IMG/VR virus record: IMGVR_UViG_3300009158_000031
Coordinates: 186,001 to 250,000 of that record
Reading direction: 5' to 3' (one strand)
DNA length: 64,000 bases
The notes under the pieces were generated by a model. The model saw nothing but the letters and a program-made list of their open reading frames with translations, made no database searches and was not told the DNA's origin. Made by a program: the position numbers and the translations under genes. Positions 36,846 through 46,369 of this stretch are shown here, piece after piece (position 1 is the first letter of the stretch; each line of letters starts with the position of its first letter).

Positions 36846-37450
36846 AACATATCCAAGGTTTTAATACATTCCTTAATGAAGGCGAAGGTTTATTTGCTGA
36901 TGCCGGTAAAGGATCTACTAAAGGAATTGGATATGGAACGCCAGAAAAAGCTAAAGAGACTATTAAGATCGCTGACAAAATGAAGGCAGACGATCCAGGA
37001 AAAGCCGTTCAAATCGTTAATGCCATGCTCAATCGAGCTAAATACTCAAATGGTCAGAATGATGGCATGAGAGCAGCAATTCCCATCTTTCAAAAATGGT
37101 TAAAGGCCAATCAAGCATCTGAATCATTTTTAGGAGTTGATGAATTCATTCTAGAAAAACTTTGGCAAAAGGAAGTAGAATCTTCTCACCTTAACGAAAT
37201 TGAATATGACTCATCAACTGAAGAACTAACTATTACTTTTAACAATGGAGACCGCTACAGATATTATGAAGTTCCTAAATCCATCTTCCGAGAATTTGCC
37301 AATGAGAAAACTATTCTAGGAAAGATTGGTGGAGGAATTGTCAAAGGAGCCAAGAAGCTATTTGGTAAGGATATTGACGAAGGTACATATGGTAAAAAAT
37401 TCTGGTCACTCATTCGTCGAGGTGGCTATCAATACGAAAAACTCTCATGA
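36842..37450 (+). CDS. Tagged two-domain protein with C-terminal KTSC domain
   Basis: MKHIQGFNTFLNE; VESSHLNEIEYD....LTITFNNGDRYRYYEVP. Confidence 0.7.
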   Translation: MKHIQGFNTFLNEGEGLFADAGKGSTKGIGYGTPEKAKETIKIADKMKADDPGKAVQIVNAMLNRAKYSNGQNDGMRAAIPIFQKWLKANQASESFLGVDEFILEKLWQKEVESSHLNEIEYDSSTEELTITFNNGDRYRYYEVPKSIFREFANEKTILGKIGGGIVKGAKKLFGKDIDEGTYGKKFWSLIRRGGYQYEKLS

Positions 37451-38112
37451 AAGAAATAAAATTATATGAGCAATGGCTCAATGAAATCGATGGTCCTGCA
37501 GATGGATCTCTATTCGGTACATCCGGAGTAGATTTTGGATTCATCGGTCTGCAAGATCCAGGAGACACACCAAATTCGTTTGAACCTAATATGGTTGAAT
37601 CCTTTATTATTGATCTTCTTCAAAGACACAATAATACCGTTCCTTCTCCTGGCACACTTACCGTCGAGTATCTTGAAGATATCGAAAAGGTACAAACCGG
37701 AATGAGTGATAAAGATCGATCATTTGTTCAGGCAGTTAATAATAATCCTATGGCTTTTCATGTTGAAGATGCCAAGAAAGCTGGTATTGATCTAGATGGT
37801 AAATGGTTAACTGAATGTTGGGATTATGCTACCAGTGTAGCAGGTACTGCAAAAGATATTTGGAAAGTAAAACGTCCATTTGAATTAAGCTCAAAAGTCA
37901 AGGGGTTGGTTCCTACTAAATCCTTCTCATTTCCTTCAACTAATGCGGCCGGATCTTTTTATGTAGCAAAAAAGGTTGCAGAGAAATATCCTCAATTGAA
38001 AGAATCTCAAATGGAAGTGGCTACTCAAATAGCAAATTCACGAGTTGTTGCCGGTGTGCATCATCCATTAGATATTGCCGTTGGAAAAATGTTAGCCTTA
38101 GGCTTATTATAA
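37447..38112 (+). CDS. PAP2/acid phosphatase-family protein with N-terminal tag
   Basis: MKEIKLYEQWLNE; K......RP, PSTN (for PSGH), SRVVAGVHHPLD. Confidence 0.75.
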   Translation: MKEIKLYEQWLNEIDGPADGSLFGTSGVDFGFIGLQDPGDTPNSFEPNMVESFIIDLLQRHNNTVPSPGTLTVEYLEDIEKVQTGMSDKDRSFVQAVNNNPMAFHVEDAKKAGIDLDGKWLTECWDYATSVAGTAKDIWKVKRPFELSSKVKGLVPTKSFSFPSTNAAGSFYVAKKVAEKYPQLKESQMEVATQIANSRVVAGVHHPLDIAVGKMLALGLL

Positions 38113-38666
38113 TGTTCAAGAAATTTAGACAATTCATTAATGAAGATATTCATATACCTTCCGGTAAATGGATAGACACTGACCTTAAAGGTCAGGATGA
38201 TGATATGATGCAACTCATATGGACAATGTATACTGACACATACTCTAAACAAGGATTAGATTTCTCTGCCGATGATTATGCTGAACTTAAAACTAAATAC
38301 CAAGCAACATTCTTAAAGGATGTTGACCATGATCGTATTCCAGATGCCTTTATTATATACAAGAAAACGAAGTATGGAAATAAGATTGCTCTTCTAGGAA
38401 CTAATGATAAGAAGACTGCAAAACGAGATCTTCTAGAAAAAACTATTTCATTACTTAAAAATCCTGGTTGGTTGTTAGAGGCCTCTCGTAAAATGGAAGA
38501 GATTCTTTCAAATTCAAATGTTCCTTATATTGAAGATCCTGAAATCATTGCTGATATTGTCGGTAAAGACAAGAAACCTGAAATGGTTAAACATGGATAT
38601 TATACAAGACTTCTTTCAAAAACACCAAAGCGTATCTTAAAACGCATGTATGGTAAGGTCAAATAG
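38112..38666 (+). CDS. Tagged hypothetical protein
   Basis: MFKKFRQFINE. Confidence 0.65.
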   Translation: MFKKFRQFINEDIHIPSGKWIDTDLKGQDDDMMQLIWTMYTDTYSKQGLDFSADDYAELKTKYQATFLKDVDHDRIPDAFIIYKKTKYGNKIALLGTNDKKTAKRDLLEKTISLLKNPGWLLEASRKMEEILSNSNVPYIEDPEIIADIVGKDKKPEMVKHGYYTRLLSKTPKRILKRMYGKVK

Positions 38667-38750
38667 ACCAAAATGACCTAGTAGTTATTCGGCGGATCCC
38701 GTCGGTTATTAAGTAAACCCACTTTTAGGAGATATGTTCTTATAAATAAT

Positions 38751-41700
38751 ATGAGAAACAAACATATGAAAAATCCTATTTTAATTTGCCTGTTACTATT
38801 TAATTTAATTGTAATTGGACAAACAACACCTAAAGAAAGATACATAAACAATTCTGATTATCTTTCTAAAAACTCCTTAGTCGATTACAAAAGCTATTAC
38901 GGAGATTCCATACAAGGATTCGACGAAGCAGCTATGAAAGTTGAACTACTAAGACGAAACGTTTTTGGTTCAGAATACATCAACTACATTGCTCTTGTAA
39001 AAAGAGAATGGGTAAATCAAAAGTACGGTATCAAACCTGTACTACCTATCAATTCAAACAACCGACCTATTGGAGGTCCTAACTCAGTTAATTCACCTGG
39101 TAATGCTTGTGTGAATGAAGACTTTGAGCTTACTGCACCTGGAGCTTATAATGGAATGAATTCTGTTTTAGGATGGACAATTCAAAGTGGACAAAATACT
39201 TCCAATATCTGTTGTGGAAATCCTACATATGGTGCTGGCTGTGTTGCTAATCCTATTGCTAATTGGAATGCAGGTAGTCCTGAATTTTCTATTGTTGCTA
39301 CTCCAATACTACCTGCTCCTAGTTGTGCTAATCCTCCTGGATTTAGTATTGACAATGTATCAATACCTAATTCACCTCTTGGCGGTAACCGAGTTGCAAG
39401 ACTACAAAACTCATGTCCAACCGGTTTGATGACTCGAATTATGACACAATTTCCTGTTTCAAATTCTAATACCTTATTTCAATTTTGTTATGCTGGTTCA
39501 TGGGATGGTGTTCATGAATGTTGTGGACAACCTGCTTTTAGAATCGATATGTATAATTGTACAGGTTCATTAATCCCAATACCATGTGCCAATGTAAGCC
39601 TAACTCCTTCCGGACAATCTTGTCAAAGTGGAGTTCCTGGATATCAGGTAACCAGTGGAGTTTCATGGGTTAATTGGCAAACAAAATATATTGACTTAAC
39701 TCCTTATATTGGTCAGTGTATTAGAATTGTGGTAACTTGCTCAGATTGTTCTTATTCTGGACATCATGGAACTGCTTATTTTGATGCAAGATGCGGTGGT
39801 CAATTAGTTGGAGTTGGATTAGGTGGAGTTGGTGGAAACATTGCAGGACCTGTTAGTTATTGTGCTGGTTCAAATCAAGCTATTATTGCCGCACCATTGG
39901 GATACTCGTCATATCAATGGATATCTCCTATCACAGGAACAATTCCTGCTAATGCAGGAGGTACAGCTCCAGTATTAACCATAAGTCCAGTAGTTGCAGG
40001 TTTAGTGTATACAGTTCAGTTAAACTCACCATCAGGGTGTTCTTATATTGCAACCAATACAATCATGCCTACTCTTGTAAACATTGCAGGTATTGGTTCA
40101 GGCACAAGTTGTGCAGGAGGATCAAGTGGAACGGGTACTGTTCAAGGTAATGGCAGTGGCACAGGATACAATTATACTTGGGTAAATTCAAATAATGCTG
40201 TAGTTGGTACCTCAGCAACAGTAAGTGGACTGCTTCCAGGAACATATAGCGTAACTATAACTGGTCTTGGCGCTGCAGGATGTGGTTCAGCAACATCAAC
40301 TATATCAATAGGAGTTGGAATACCTCAAATGCAAAATCTATTAAAACCGTATTGTGGTTCTCAAGCCTATTTAAGTGTAACGGGTAATAGTGTTCAGTGG
40401 TCTACCAACAATACAGCTATCTCCGCTCCATTAGGAGTGGCAATGGGATACACAGTAAACAATCCAGTACAGGCTTCAGTATACACAGTTACCTATACTT
40501 CATTACAAAATTGTAATGAAGCAGCTTCATTCACCCTAATACCATCTCCGCCGGGCAGTATATCATTACTAACTACTTCTGTTTGTTTAAACTCGACAAA
40601 TGGCAGTGGAACTATTAATCTAACTCCTGCATCTGGTTCTCCTCCTGGAGCTAATTCATATTCAGTATGGAATTCTAATAATACTCCGGTTTACAATTCA
40701 TCATTGTCTCCTACTAATCAAAATAATTATTTGTTTGGAAACATGGGAACCGGTAGTTATCAAGTAAGAGTATTTGATGGTTCCTGTGCATACACAACTT
40801 CCTTTATTATACCTACTCATGTATTTTCTCCTACATTAAGTCCAACCTCAACAACTCTATGTCCTGGTGGAGGTATTGCAGCCGGAGTAGTATTTAGTAT
40901 TCCACCATCATTATCTCAATACACTTACTCTTGGACACCTAATATCTTTTTAGCAGGAAACACTCAACAATCAACGATTATCATACCAAATCTTGCAGTA
41001 GGTACGCAATCAAATATAACTTACTCAGTTGTAATTACTCCTACTGCTATTAATTGTCCGATGACTCGTACATTAAATTTATGGGCAATCAATCCACCAA
41101 TTCCAACTATTACTGCAATACCTAATATGTGTAACAATATGCTTCCATATCAAGTATTGGCTAATCCCAGTGGTGGTATCTTTACCGGAGTTGGAATGAG
41201 TACATTAGGTTTAATCTCTCCGACTGCTTCACTATTAGGAATCAATAACTTTACATATGCCATTTCAATTAGTACTTGCGCATCATCTAATACTGGAAGT
41301 TATCAGGTATCATATTTCAATACTTCATCATTAAGCTCTTCAATAAATCCTATATGTTCTACTAATTCAACAATAAATCTTATGACTATTGTTCAGAATA
41401 CCTTAGGATCTTGGTCAGGTAATTATATAACGAATAACATATTCAATCCAGCAAATCTAAATGGAGTATACTCATTAACCTACAATAATTTATCAACACC
41501 AAATCCTACAGTATGTCCTTCATCTACTCAAATGAATATATCGGTTACTAATACAATAATTCCGACTATTGCAAATTCCAATCCATTCTGTACGAATGCC
41601 TCCTCTTTTGTATTGATCGCTAATCCAAATGGAGGAATCTGGTCTAACAATTCTGCAGTGAGCGGTTTAGGTATTGTAACTCCTTCATTGACATCTCCTA

Positions 41701-43718
41701 CAAATACAACGGTTAATTATGTCGTTAATGTTGGTCCATGTATAAACACAAACACATTCAACATATATCCATCAACTTTCAATACGGCTTCTTTAACTGG
41801 ATCTATCCCTAATTTATGCGTAACGAGCTCATCAATAAATCTAATGTCAATCGTACAAAATACGACTGGATCTTGGTCAGGAATGAATGTTACTCAAAAC
41901 ATATTCAACCCTTCAGGATTACCGACCGGAAATTATACTTTAACATACAATACCAACTCGGCTCCTAATGTTACTCTATGTCCAGATAACCGAACAATAA
42001 ACATATCGGTTCTTAATCCGGCATCTCCGAACATTACTACATTCGGACCTATATGTAGCAAAGATGCTATTATGCAAATGACCGTTACTCCTAATTCTGG
42101 TAGTTGGATTTCTACTCCATATCTAAACATTAATGGAATATTAAATCCTTCGCTATGTCCTATTGGAATTAATGCCATTCAATATGTAATAGGAACTAAT
42201 ACTTGTTCGGCTCAACAAACAAAAACCTTTGTGGTTGAGATGTTCATTCCATCAACGATAACAAATCAAATACCTGACTTGTGTAATACCAGCTCTCCCA
42301 TAAATCTTAATTCATATTCTGGTTTTCCTGGATCTTGGTCAGGATTAGGAATCAATGGTTCAATGTTTACTCCATCGAATTCAGGAACATTAATTCTAGT
42401 ACATACCACATCATCATCTAGTGGTTTATGTCCTAGTACGTCAAGCATATCAGTTAGAGTATATTCATTACAATCTCCAGTAATAATCAAGCCAAATTCT
42501 GTATGTAACACATATGCGCCTTTCCAATTACAAGTAAATCCAATCGGTGGTATATTCGGAGGTAATGGATCTAATACTAACGGAATTTTTAATCCAGCAT
42601 ATGGAGCGATAGGAAACAATATAATTAATTACAGCATTTCTGCCGGTCCTTGTATAGCATATGCACAGACTACTGTTAATATTGAGAAATTTATATCGGC
42701 TGATCTAGATCGATACCCTAAAACCGTTTATTGTAAAGGTACTGAATATCCTTTTAATCTGAATTCGTTAGTCAAAAATCCAAATTATAATTGGTCTGGT
42801 CCTGGAGTAAATGGTTATATGTTCGATCCACAAATGGCAAACATCGGAAACAACCTAATATATTATCGAACGCATTCTGCACCAACGGCTTCATTATGTC
42901 CGGATGAAAAATCATTTAACATAAGGGTTGCTCAAATAAGTAAACCCATCATATCGCTATCTGATTCAATTGGTTGTGTTCCTCTTAGAGTAATTCTCAA
43001 TTCAAACGAAAATACTGGATTATCTTCTTGGAAATTTAGTAATGGATATTCTAGTGAAGCCAATTCTCTTGCATATACATTTACTTCAAGCGGAATACAT
43101 TCAATAATATTCTCATATATCAATGATGAAGGTTGTGTATCGCCAAATCAAATGATTACTCTTATTAGAGTTGATGAGGTACCTTTTCCCAAGTTTCAAT
43201 TACCAAAATCCATTTATGCAGGAGATTCAGAAATCCAAGCAATAAATCTAACTCCTAATGTAGGAAGTTACACTTACACATGGATGGTATCTAATGGATA
43301 TTCAGTAAACACAATTAATCTTGCATACGATCCCAAGAAAATAGGCAAGTACGAAATAACATTAATTGCAAAGACGGTTAATGGATGCACGGCATCTACT
43401 AGAAAAATGATAGAGATACAAAACGAATTTGAAGTACATATCCCAAATACTTTCACTCCTAATAGAGATGGTCTCAACGATTATTTTCTTCCAGTATTTT
43501 CTGACTATGGAGTTGAGTTATCTTTTTATACACTAGAGATTTTCGATCGATGGGATCACTTAATTTATAGATCAATCGATCCTAAAAAAGGATGGGATGG
43601 AAAAGCCAAAAATGAATTATGTCAACAAGGATCCTATGTATACAGACTTAAGTTTTCTGATAAAGAGAAGAATGTGTATGAGAAGATTGGACATGTTCTC
43701 CTTTTAGGATCCGATTAA
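38751..43718 (+). CDS. Large secreted adhesin-like protein with T9SS type-B (gliding-motility-associated) C-terminal domain
   Basis: Signal peptide (likely start MKNPIL); repeated Ig/SprB/PKD-like modules (GSWSG...FNP); IPNTFTPNRDGLNDYF...IFDRW...WDG...YVY...GHVLL CTD. Confidence 0.85.
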   Translation: MRNKHMKNPILICLLLFNLIVIGQTTPKERYINNSDYLSKNSLVDYKSYYGDSIQGFDEAAMKVELLRRNVFGSEYINYIALVKREWVNQKYGIKPVLPINSNNRPIGGPNSVNSPGNACVNEDFELTAPGAYNGMNSVLGWTIQSGQNTSNICCGNPTYGAGCVANPIANWNAGSPEFSIVATPILPAPSCANPPGFSIDNVSIPNSPLGGNRVARLQNSCPTGLMTRIMTQFPVSNSNTLFQFCYAGSWDGVHECCGQPAFRIDMYNCTGSLIPIPCANVSLTPSGQSCQSGVPGYQVTSGVSWVNWQTKYIDLTPYIGQCIRIVVTCSDCSYSGHHGTAYFDARCGGQLVGVGLGGVGGNIAGPVSYCAGSNQAIIAAPLGYSSYQWISPITGTIPANAGGTAPVLTISPVVAGLVYTVQLNSPSGCSYIATNTIMPTLVNIAGIGSGTSCAGGSSGTGTVQGNGSGTGYNYTWVNSNNAVVGTSATVSGLLPGTYSVTITGLGAAGCGSATSTISIGVGIPQMQNLLKPYCGSQAYLSVTGNSVQWSTNNTAISAPLGVAMGYTVNNPVQASVYTVTYTSLQNCNEAASFTLIPSPPGSISLLTTSVCLNSTNGSGTINLTPASGSPPGANSYSVWNSNNTPVYNSSLSPTNQNNYLFGNMGTGSYQVRVFDGSCAYTTSFIIPTHVFSPTLSPTSTTLCPGGGIAAGVVFSIPPSLSQYTYSWTPNIFLAGNTQQSTIIIPNLAVGTQSNITYSVVITPTAINCPMTRTLNLWAINPPIPTITAIPNMCNNMLPYQVLANPSGGIFTGVGMSTLGLISPTASLLGINNFTYAISISTCASSNTGSYQVSYFNTSSLSSSINPICSTNSTINLMTIVQNTLGSWSGNYITNNIFNPANLNGVYSLTYNNLSTPNPTVCPSSTQMNISVTNTIIPTIANSNPFCTNASSFVLIANPNGGIWSNNSAVSGLGIVTPSLTSPTNTTVNYVVNVGPCINTNTFNIYPSTFNTASLTGSIPNLCVTSSSINLMSIVQNTTGSWSGMNVTQNIFNPSGLPTGNYTLTYNTNSAPNVTLCPDNRTINISVLNPASPNITTFGPICSKDAIMQMTVTPNSGSWISTPYLNINGILNPSLCPIGINAIQYVIGTNTCSAQQTKTFVVEMFIPSTITNQIPDLCNTSSPINLNSYSGFPGSWSGLGINGSMFTPSNSGTLILVHTTSSSSGLCPSTSSISVRVYSLQSPVIIKPNSVCNTYAPFQLQVNPIGGIFGGNGSNTNGIFNPAYGAIGNNIINYSISAGPCIAYAQTTVNIEKFISADLDRYPKTVYCKGTEYPFNLNSLVKNPNYNWSGPGVNGYMFDPQMANIGNNLIYYRTHSAPTASLCPDEKSFNIRVAQISKPIISLSDSIGCVPLRVILNSNENTGLSSWKFSNGYSSEANSLAYTFTSSGIHSIIFSYINDEGCVSPNQMITLIRVDEVPFPKFQLPKSIYAGDSEIQAINLTPNVGSYTYTWMVSNGYSVNTINLAYDPKKIGKYEITLIAKTVNGCTASTRKMIEIQNEFEVHIPNTFTPNRDGLNDYFLPVFSDYGVELSFYTLEIFDRWDHLIYRSIDPKKGWDGKAKNELCQQGSYVYRLKFSDKEKNVYEKIGHVLLLGSD

Positions 43719-43721
43719 AAT

Positions 43722-43782
43722 TGTTAATAACTTTCCCGTAATAAATTTTTTTATTCCAAAAAGTTTTATTATATTTGTATAT
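43722..43782 (+). promoter_or_regulatory. Early-type promoter with DnaA-box-like element
   Basis: TGTTAATAACTTT...TTTTTTATTCC...TATTATATTTGTATAT. Confidence 0.75.
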
Positions 43783-43802
43783 ACAATTTAAACAAATATA
43801 CT

Positions 43803-43997
43803 ATGGAAAATAATTTTGAAGTATCCGATCTTGAATTACTCACAACATCGGAATTAAAAACTCTACTAATCGATTTATTCGATGGTAATGCAGGTGAAAT
43901 TCTTTATGGTTTTCGAGAAATGGGAATTACCAAAGATGCTAATCTTAAATCGGCAATAATCCGATACATCATTCGTAAACAACCCATCAATGCATAA
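43803..43997 (+). CDS. Hypothetical early protein
   Basis: First ORF after promoter. Confidence 0.55.
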   Translation: MENNFEVSDLELLTTSELKTLLIDLFDGNAGEILYGFREMGITKDANLKSAIIRYIIRKQPINA

Positions 43998-44310
43998 ACG
44001 AAGAAGCGATCGTAACCATCTCATCTACAAAATAGAAAATCTCTCAACCGGAGAATTCTATATAGGAGTTACAGTCGTAACCGGTAGAGCATATCTTAAA
44101 TCTCTTAAATCTCGATGGAAGCGACATATCTATAAAGCAATGGTGCTTCGTGAAGAATGGTTATTTCCAAAAGCGATTCGCGAATATGGCGAATCTCAAT
44201 TTAAACCTGAGATTATCGAAATTGTACGTGGTAAATCTACCGCATTCGGAAGAGAATCTCAACTTATTAACGAAATCCGACCAGCATACAACACACGAAT
44301 GAAATGTTAA
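43990..44310 (+). CDS. GIY-YIG nuclease-like protein
   Basis: LIYKIEN...FYIGVT...RWKRH...AIREYG...E..LI...P.YN. Confidence 0.8.
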   Translation: MHKRRSDRNHLIYKIENLSTGEFYIGVTVVTGRAYLKSLKSRWKRHIYKAMVLREEWLFPKAIREYGESQFKPEIIEIVRGKSTAFGRESQLINEIRPAYNTRMKC

Positions 44311-44387
44311 TAACTTTTTTACATTTAGCCAAAAATAAGTTTCAAAAAATTTTTTTATTCCAATAAAAAGTATTATATTTGTTATAT
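44305..44387 (+). promoter_or_regulatory. Early-type promoter with DnaA-box-like element
   Basis: TGTTAATAACTTT...TTTTTTATTCC...TATTATATTTGTTATAT. Confidence 0.75.
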
Positions 44388-44420
44388 CAATTTAATATTA
44401 ATCTTTTAAACTCAAAAAAT

Positions 44421-44732
44421 ATGAAATCTAAATCAAGTATCGAAAAAATTGCTGCAATTCAATCATTAGTATCGAAATCATTTAACATCGAACTACCTAA
44501 ATTACTTTCACCATCTCGTACTGGTGAAATTGCATACATTCGCCAAATATCAATGTATCTATGCAGATTCAACACAACCGCTTCTCTTAAAATAATTGCG
44601 GCCGAACATAATCGTACTAATCACGGTACCGTTATCCATGCTTCCGAAGTAATTGGATTCGATTATCGCAAAAACGAAAAAGTACGTAATCAAATCATCG
44701 CATTAGAAACCCAAATTAAAACAATAGCATAA
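44421..44732 (+). CDS. Stand-alone DnaA C-terminal (domain IV) helix-turn-helix protein
   Basis: LLSPSRTGEIAYIRQISMYLCR...SLKIIAAEHNRTNHGTVIHA matches DnaA domain IV (R.....RQ.AMYL...SL..IG..F..RDHTTV.HA); start at 44421. Confidence 0.85.
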   Translation: MKSKSSIEKIAAIQSLVSKSFNIELPKLLSPSRTGEIAYIRQISMYLCRFNTTASLKIIAAEHNRTNHGTVIHASEVIGFDYRKNEKVRNQIIALETQIKTIA

Positions 44733-44734
44733 TC

Positions 44735-44989
44735 ATGAAAGTACACGAAAAAGCAAAATTATACGATTCACTCATAAAAGATTATGAGGAACTTATCACC
44801 GAAATGCAAAATCATTCAAACTCTATTAAAGAAATTGAAACTCGAGAAGATCTTAAAGAAATGAAGGAAAATAACGTTTCAACTTATTATCCTCTTTTAG
44901 CCGGAACCTATCAAGGTTCTAACTTTGGTTTAGATCTTAAAATCTCAAGAGCTCAATCTAATCTTAAATGGTATAAAGGCATAAAATAA
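44735..44989 (+). CDS. Hypothetical protein
   Basis: ORF in operon. Confidence 0.55.
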   Translation: MKVHEKAKLYDSLIKDYEELITEMQNHSNSIKEIETREDLKEMKENNVSTYYPLLAGTYQGSNFGLDLKISRAQSNLKWYKGIK

Positions 44990-44991
44990 AT

Positions 44992-46194
44992 ATGGCAACA
45001 TTAGTTTGGTTAACCCATTCATTTCGTACAGACTCTAGGCTAACATCTAAATTATCCGGTCCTTGTACATTCGTATATTATTCACCATACTACTTTGCTG
45101 GTGATCGGGAAAAACAAATTCTGAAACAATGTTCAACGGCTAATCTTGAAGCATTTTACGAATCCCTTGATATTATGCGTAAATCGCTTAAGGCTATTGG
45201 CCACGAGTTTTACGTCTTCAAACAATCAAATCCTATTGAACATATCAATAGCCTAATTGATAAACATGGATTTGATCGAGTTGTAATAGATCTTCCTCTT
45301 TTTGGAATGTGGAAAACAACCGATCCAATGCAAATCAAAGTTCCTTTTGAATTAATCGATTCTGATCTTGTCGACGATACTTGTTTTAATATGACGGCTA
45401 AATCTAGGTGGATGTCACATACTCGCAAAATATCTACACACAAACCAAATCAATGGAATTCTGAAATTGTACCAAATCCTATTAATGAAGCAATCAAAAG
45501 TTATCCGCAATACACTAAGAATAACTTGATTATGCCTCACATCATAACATCTCGTGCATCGGCTATGGCTCCTACATATGCTCAAACTCGAGATAAACAT
45601 AATGGCCAAACTCGTTTATCTACTGCATTTCAAAATGGTACGGTAGATCCTTGCAATATGTTCTATAGCATCGCAAACGATTTTCTAAAATCTGGCGCAG
45701 ACTTCTCGATAAATGAAGGTGCCCATGCTGCAATGCTTCGTCAATTTGCTTTTCGTGAAATGACAATCATTCAAACTCGTCGAGCTAACCTAACCATGGA
45801 AGATTCCCCAATGCAATGGGCACAACAATTTATAACAGCAACCTCTCTACAAAATCTAAAGAGTCAAACAAATCCAGATAGCACTTTAACATTTGAACAA
45901 ATCAAAACGGCTAGTACCAGCGATACATTAATAAATACAATTCTCGCTGAATCGTTTCAAGTTGGTGTAATGCCAAATCGTGCTAGAATGTTCTTTGCCG
46001 GATGGATGTTTTACAATGCACCAACTGGTCAACAAGCACTTGAATGGTTAATCGATACATTTGATCTTCTTCTCTTAGATGGTCAATGTCCTACAAATTA
46101 TACACAATGTACATCCGCTATGAATATGCAATATGGTAAAGTAATGTTGCTTAATCGTCATAACGTTAAAGCATTACTTGCCTACGAAAATTAA
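44992..46194 (+). CDS. Divergent photolyase/cryptochrome-family protein
   Basis: VWLTHSFRTD, TRLS, LRQFAFRE, GVMPNRARMFFA, LLDG..PTN. Confidence 0.65.
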   Translation: MATLVWLTHSFRTDSRLTSKLSGPCTFVYYSPYYFAGDREKQILKQCSTANLEAFYESLDIMRKSLKAIGHEFYVFKQSNPIEHINSLIDKHGFDRVVIDLPLFGMWKTTDPMQIKVPFELIDSDLVDDTCFNMTAKSRWMSHTRKISTHKPNQWNSEIVPNPINEAIKSYPQYTKNNLIMPHIITSRASAMAPTYAQTRDKHNGQTRLSTAFQNGTVDPCNMFYSIANDFLKSGADFSINEGAHAAMLRQFAFREMTIIQTRRANLTMEDSPMQWAQQFITATSLQNLKSQTNPDSTLTFEQIKTASTSDTLINTILAESFQVGVMPNRARMFFAGWMFYNAPTGQQALEWLIDTFDLLLLDGQCPTNYTQCTSAMNMQYGKVMLLNRHNVKALLAYEN

Positions 46195-46369
46195 TCAAGC
46201 AACCTTTATTACTGAATCTGACCTGTGATTTTTAACATATAACCTTTATCTAAGGTGATCGAGGAAATAATATAGTTCTTCAGGCAGATTAGGTAATTCA
46301 AGGTTACTCCATCATACTCATATAATTTATACATTTATCTATAGAATTACGACTAATCAAAAACAAAAT

